Shown here piece after piece: positions 35,070 to 39,147 of a stretch of 39,147 nucleotides of DNA. The notes below the pieces were generated by a model. It did not search any database, was not told where the DNA came from, and was given only the letters and a program-made list of their open reading frames with translations. A program made the position numbers and the translations under genes. Numbering within the stretch: the first letter of the stretch is position 1; the number at the start of each line of letters is the position of its first letter. The stretch comes from a candidate division WOR-3 bacterium (lineage in GTDB: Bacteria > Hydrothermota > Hydrothermia > LBFQ01 > DSFT01): contig WGAQ01000157.1 in assembly GCA_015494735.1 (NCBI GenBank), forward strand, positions 1 through 39,147. Direction: 5' to 3'.

Positions 35070-37378
35070 GTCCTGAAGAGCTGAGACCCCGAATAGAGCT
35101 GCCTCCTGTCGGGGAGCAGGAAGGGGACGTGGATTTGAGCTCCCTCCATTCGAGGGCGGTGGAAGCCCTCAGGATGGGTCTGTCCATCGACAACGACAGA
35201 TACAATGTATTCGTGGTGGGTCCGCGGTTCAGCGGCCGGGATGAGGTGGTGGAGGGGGTGGTCAGGAAACTGGCCAGAGGCAGACCCACACCTCCCGACT
35301 GGTTGTACGTATATAATTTCGATGACCCTTCCTCCCCTATAGCATTTCCCCTGCCTCCCGATGTGGGCAACAGATTCGTGCAGGATGTGGACAATTTCAT
35401 AAACACCATAAGGGGAGCAATCAGAAGCGCCTTCGAAAGCGAAAGCATCCTTTCGGAGAAGGAGAATCTGATAAAGGAATTTAACAGGAGGAAGGAGGAA
35501 ATACTTTCCGAACTCAACAGAAAGGCCAGTGAACTCGGATTCATAATCCAGCCCCAGCCTGCGGGATTCAACATAATCCCCATCTTCAACGGGGAGCCCC
35601 TATCGCCCCAGAAGTATGCCAGCCTTCCCCAGGATATAAAGGAGTTCATAGACCAGAAGCGGAAGCAACTGGAGGAGCACATAGCCGAAACCCTGAAGAA
35701 ACTGGCGAAACTGGATAAGGAACTGAAGGAGAAACTCGAGGAATTCGACAGGCAGGTGGCCCGCCGTACCGTGGAGGTCCACTTCAGGGATTTGCTCGAG
35801 AAGTACAGGGATTATCCTCAGGTGGTGGAGTACTTGCAGAAGATGTACGACGATATCGTCAGGAATGTGAACATCTTCCTCATCCCCCCCGACAGGATTC
35901 CCCAGGGTCCTCTGGATCCTTTCAGAAAGTACAGGGTCAATCTGATAGTTGACAATAAGAGCACCGATGGGGCGCCTGTCATCTACGAGAGGAATCCCAC
36001 GTATTACAACCTGATTGGCAGGATAGAGAAGGAGATGGTCTTCGGTGCCCTTATGACGGACTTCAATAACATAACCGCCGGAAGTCTCCACAGGGCCAAT
36101 GGGGGTTTCCTCATAATAGATGCATTCCAGTTGCTGAAGGACCCGTTCGCATACGATGCCCTGAAGAGGGTTCTGCGAAACAGGCTCATATTGATAGAGG
36201 ATATAGGAGAAAGAATCAGCCTCTTTTCCACCAAGACCATAAAGCCCCAGCCCATTCCCTTCGATGGAAAGGTGATACTCATGGGAGACGCGATGGTCTA
36301 TTACATCCTCTACTATCTGGACCCGGAATTCTCCGAGATTTTCGGCATAAAGGCCGAGCTGGAAACGGATGTTCCCCTCGATGAAAACAATCTTTCGTTC
36401 TTCTACCACTACGCCCTTGCCTTTCAGAGGAGGGAGAATCTGAAGCCGTTCACCAGAGAGGCTATGGGTGAGATTATGGTCGAGATTCAGAGGCACATAG
36501 AGGACAGGAAGAAGCTTTCCACCAATCTGGAGTACCTGAGGGAGTTGATGCTGGAGGCGAATTACTATGCCACCTCCGATGAGGTGCGCCCGGAGGATGT
36601 GAAGGAGGCTCTGAAGAGAAGGAGAGAAAGGGAAGGAAGGGTGGAGGAGAGGATAAGGGAACTCATCGAGAGGGGTTTTATTCTCGTGGATGTGGATGGG
36701 AGCAGGAGGGGAGTGGTCAACGGACTCTCCGTTATAGAGATGGGGAATCACACATTCGGCATACCGAGCAGGATTACCGCATCCGTGGGCCTTGGAAAGC
36801 CGGGAATAGTGGATATAGAGAGGGAAACGGGTCTCGGCGGGAAGATTCACACGAAGGCCGTAATGATCATGGGGGGATACCTGTACGACACCTATGGCAG
36901 GGACTTCCCCATAACCCTTCAGGTCCGCATAACCTTCGAGCAGAACTATTCTGGAGTGGAGGGGGATAGCGCCACCGCCGCGGAGTTGCTGGCTGTCCTT
37001 TCCGAGATTTCGGGCATACCGGTGAAACAGGGTATAGCCATAACCGGCTCCATGAATCAGAAGGGGGAGATTCAACCGGTGGGAGGTATAAACCACAAGA
37101 TAGAGGGGTTTTTCTACACGTGTAAAGCCATGGGCCTCACGGGGGAGCAGGGAGTAATCATACCTGCCAGAAATAAGGAGAATCTGGTGCTGAGAGACGA
37201 GGTGGTACAATCTATCAGGGAGGGGAAGTTCCATATATGGGCGGTCGAGCACATAGACGAAGTCATAGAGCTGGCCACCGGTGTGGATTCCAGGGAATTC
37301 CACGAAAAAGTTTACGAAAGTCTTAAACTTTACTACCTGAAAAACAAAAACAGAGGTGGAGGAAAGAAGGATGATTGA
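35045..37378 (+). CDS. LonC-like (S16) protease with a degenerate AAA module
   Basis: PDWLYVYNF, coiled-coil insert, NPTYYNLIG, GSLHRANGG, FEQNYSGVEGDSA (Ser) and GGINHKIEGF (Lys). The Walker A position reads GPRFSGRD. Confidence 0.88.
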   Translation: MDAGKSELSPEELRPRIELPPVGEQEGDVDLSSLHSRAVEALRMGLSIDNDRYNVFVVGPRFSGRDEVVEGVVRKLARGRPTPPDWLYVYNFDDPSSPIAFPLPPDVGNRFVQDVDNFINTIRGAIRSAFESESILSEKENLIKEFNRRKEEILSELNRKASELGFIIQPQPAGFNIIPIFNGEPLSPQKYASLPQDIKEFIDQKRKQLEEHIAETLKKLAKLDKELKEKLEEFDRQVARRTVEVHFRDLLEKYRDYPQVVEYLQKMYDDIVRNVNIFLIPPDRIPQGPLDPFRKYRVNLIVDNKSTDGAPVIYERNPTYYNLIGRIEKEMVFGALMTDFNNITAGSLHRANGGFLIIDAFQLLKDPFAYDALKRVLRNRLILIEDIGERISLFSTKTIKPQPIPFDGKVILMGDAMVYYILYYLDPEFSEIFGIKAELETDVPLDENNLSFFYHYALAFQRRENLKPFTREAMGEIMVEIQRHIEDRKKLSTNLEYLRELMLEANYYATSDEVRPEDVKEALKRRREREGRVEERIRELIERGFILVDVDGSRRGVVNGLSVIEMGNHTFGIPSRITASVGLGKPGIVDIERETGLGGKIHTKAVMIMGGYLYDTYGRDFPITLQVRITFEQNYSGVEGDSATAAELLAVLSEISGIPVKQGIAITGSMNQKGEIQPVGGINHKIEGFFYTCKAMGLTGEQGVIIPARNKENLVLRDEVVQSIREGKFHIWAVEHIDEVIELATGVDSREFHEKVYESLKLYYLKNKNRGGGKKDD

Positions 37379-37733
37379 ACTCCTGGGCTTTCTGATAATC
37401 GGTTTGAGCGCTGGCATACTCAGCGGTCTATTCGGAATAGGAGGAGGCGTCATCATAATACCTTCCCTGATTTACTTCTATGGTATGAGTCAGCACGATG
37501 CTCAGGGTACATCCCTGGGAGCCCTTCTCCTCCCTGTCGGACTCCTCGGTTTCCTGGAGTATTACAGGAATGGTCATGTGCATTTGAAGGGGGCCATATT
37601 GATTGCGGTGGGGCTGTTCCTGGGGGCTTATTTTGGTGCTCTGGTTGCTAACAGGATCCCTTCCGGGACCCTTTCCAAACTCTTTGCTGTTTTTTTGATA
37701 TTTGTCGCAGTAAGATTGTTTTTCAAATCATGA
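37371..37733 (+). CDS. Half-size TSUP (TauE/SafE) family transporter
   Basis: Motifs GLSAGILSGLFGIGGGVIIIP, AQGTSL and GAYFGA. About 4 TM, 120 aa. Confidence 0.88.
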   Translation: MIELLGFLIIGLSAGILSGLFGIGGGVIIIPSLIYFYGMSQHDAQGTSLGALLLPVGLLGFLEYYRNGHVHLKGAILIAVGLFLGAYFGALVANRIPSGTLSKLFAVFLIFVAVRLFFKS

Positions 37734-37756
37734 AAGCATGAAAGGAGGTTGAAGAT

Positions 37757-38329
37757 ATGTCAAGTGCCAGAGACAGGGTGGTGATGTTCGTCGATGTTCA
37801 GAATGTCCACATCACCTTCGAGAAGATAGGGCAGGAAGTCAGGTACGATGTGCTTCTGAAGGCCGTGGAGGACCAGTACCGCAGGAGGGGGAAGGTACTC
37901 TTCAAGGCCGTGGCATTCGTCCCCATGTTCGAGGGGGACGAGAGGAGGGAGAAGCTGATCAATGCCCTATCTTTCATGGGATACAGAGTGGTCACAAAGG
38001 TGGTGAAGAAGATAGGGGATGCGTCAAGCCATAAGATCAACATGGATATAGAGATGGCCATGGAAATCATATCCATGGCTGATAGCGTGGATGAGGTGGT
38101 CCTGGTGACCGGGGACAGGGACTTCGTCCCCATCGTCGATTATCTGTCGAAGAAGGGCAAGAGGGTCAGGGTCATAGGCACCAGAAAGGGTGCAGTAAGC
38201 ATAGACCTCATAAGAGCGTGCGATGAATACGATAACATGGACGAGATAGAGGGGATTTTAATGCCCTTCCGTTATTCGGACAATTACAAAGAAGGCAGCA
38301 GGGATGAGGAATATCCCTCGGATATATGA
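37757..38329 (+). CDS. NYN/LabA-DUF88 PIN-like domain protein
   Basis: Motifs FVDVQN, MDIEMA, LVTGDRDFVP and LIRACD. SD AGGAGG. Confidence 0.88.
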   Translation: MSSARDRVVMFVDVQNVHITFEKIGQEVRYDVLLKAVEDQYRRRGKVLFKAVAFVPMFEGDERREKLINALSFMGYRVVTKVVKKIGDASSHKINMDIEMAMEIISMADSVDEVVLVTGDRDFVPIVDYLSKKGKRVRVIGTRKGAVSIDLIRACDEYDNMDEIEGILMPFRYSDNYKEGSRDEEYPSDI

Positions 38330-39147
38330 CCTGGAGACGTACGATTATCGATTCGACGAATCGCTGATTGCAAAGTATCCCTCGAAGGAGCGGGACCTCT
38401 CCCGCCTCCTCGTTTATAATAGAAAACTCGGCACTATCGAGCATCGTATATTCAGGGATGTGGTGGATTATCTGAATCCGGGGGACGTGCTCGTACTCAA
38501 CGACAGCAGGGTCCTGAAGGCTCGTCTCATCGGGCTGCTGAGGGGGAGGGAGGTGGAGGTCTTCTTCACCAGGAGGATAGACGATTTGACCTTCGAGGGC
38601 ATTGGCAGACCCCTTCGCAGGTTTAGAAGGGGGGATGTGATTCAGGTGGGGGAGTATGGGATAGAGGTGGTGGATGTCCTTCCGGGCAGGCGCATATACA
38701 GGGTTCGGGGGGCGGAAAACCTGTTCGAGGTCTTCGAGAAATACGGAAAAGTTCCCCTTCCTCCCTATATAGACAGGGAGCCCACTGAAGAGGACGAGGA
38801 GATGTATCAGACGGTTTACGCCCGCAAGGAGGGTTCCGTCGCCGCTCCCACCGCGGGACTCCACTTCACTCCCCGCCTCCTCGAGCGAATCAGGGAGAAG
38901 GGGGTTAAAGTGCTCTACGTTACCCTTCACGTGGGCCCGGGAACCTTCAAACCCGTTCAGGTGAGGGACATAAGGCAGCATCGACTGGATGCAGAGTACT
39001 ATGAGGTTCCCGATGAGACTGCCTCCGGGATTCTGGAGGCCAGGGAAAGAGGGGGGAGGGTGGTGGCGGTGGGGACCACTGCTGTGAGGACTCTGGAGCA
39101 CTGGGCTCTGGATGCGAATCCCCGCAGGGGATGGACGGATCTGTTCA
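38304..39147 (+). CDS. queA: S-adenosylmethionine:tRNA ribosyltransferase-isomerase, truncated by the window end (absent from the ORF track)
   Basis: Hand translation gives YDYRFDESLIAKYP, SRLLV, VLNDSRVLKARL, PLPPYI, YQTVYA, SVAAPTAGLHFT, TLHVGPGTFKPV and VAVGTT. Confidence 0.96.
   Translation, partial: MRNIPRIYDLETYDYRFDESLIAKYPSKERDLSRLLVYNRKLGTIEHRIFRDVVDYLNPGDVLVLNDSRVLKARLIGLLRGREVEVFFTRRIDDLTFEGIGRPLRRFRRGDVIQVGEYGIEVVDVLPGRRIYRVRGAENLFEVFEKYGKVPLPPYIDREPTEEDEEMYQTVYARKEGSVAAPTAGLHFTPRLLERIREKGVKVLYVTLHVGPGTFKPVQVRDIRQHRLDAEYYEVPDETASGILEARERGGRVVAVGTTAVRTLEHWALDANPRRGWTDLF

Noticed and set aside
35600-37456. 618-aa antisense ORF opposite LonC, and similar long shadows at 439-1410, 4570-5691, 14701-16098, 22974-23849, 31088-32332 and 38208-39101
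   Set aside because: Each lies opposite a well-supported gene and lacks recognisable features. This is the same codon-bias artefact.
1-39147. CRISPR arrays, rRNA, tRNA, prophage genes, and FMN/SAM/preQ1 riboswitches before ribA, ahcY, the lyase or queA
   Set aside because: No spaced repeats or RNA-gene signatures were seen, and these genes have no leader space for a riboswitch.

Overview
A very gene-dense (about 95% coding by eye) chromosomal segment from a probably thermophilic diderm bacterium. A T9SS-type C-terminal sorting domain, a PorW/SprE-like lipoprotein, a DUF6754-type membrane module and minimal signal peptides suggest an FCB-related candidate lineage such as WOR-3; this taxonomy is inference. 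The window opens in the 3' end of an IS4-family transposase. It then carries shuffled housekeeping genes: lipA, ribA, a family-4 UDG, a Cys/Met PLP lyase, an enoyl-CoA hydratase, rsmI, rpiB, ftsL-like/ftsI, deoC, lspA, ahcY, era, a CDP-alcohol phosphatidyltransferase, lon, hsp20, rpmI, pncB, pyrR, a LonC-like protease and partial queA. The best candidate for an undescribed system is a translationally coupled four-gene membrane module behind ahcY (17753-21184): an FN3 plus DUF6754-like protein, a possible opposite-facing paralogue, and two polytopic membrane proteins. Other highlights are a TA(A/T)A(A/C)T box 6-11 nt before 14 start codons (leaderless or near-leaderless mRNAs), ultra-short signal peptides, an orphan McrB-type GTPase, an orphan Wzc-type tyrosine kinase downstream of ftsI, an rpmI-hsp20-lon operon, a candidate structured RNA at 27352-27443, and an unannotated 35-aa membrane peptide. 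No rRNA, tRNA or CRISPR array was seen. All family assignments come from recognising motifs by eye; no searches were run.
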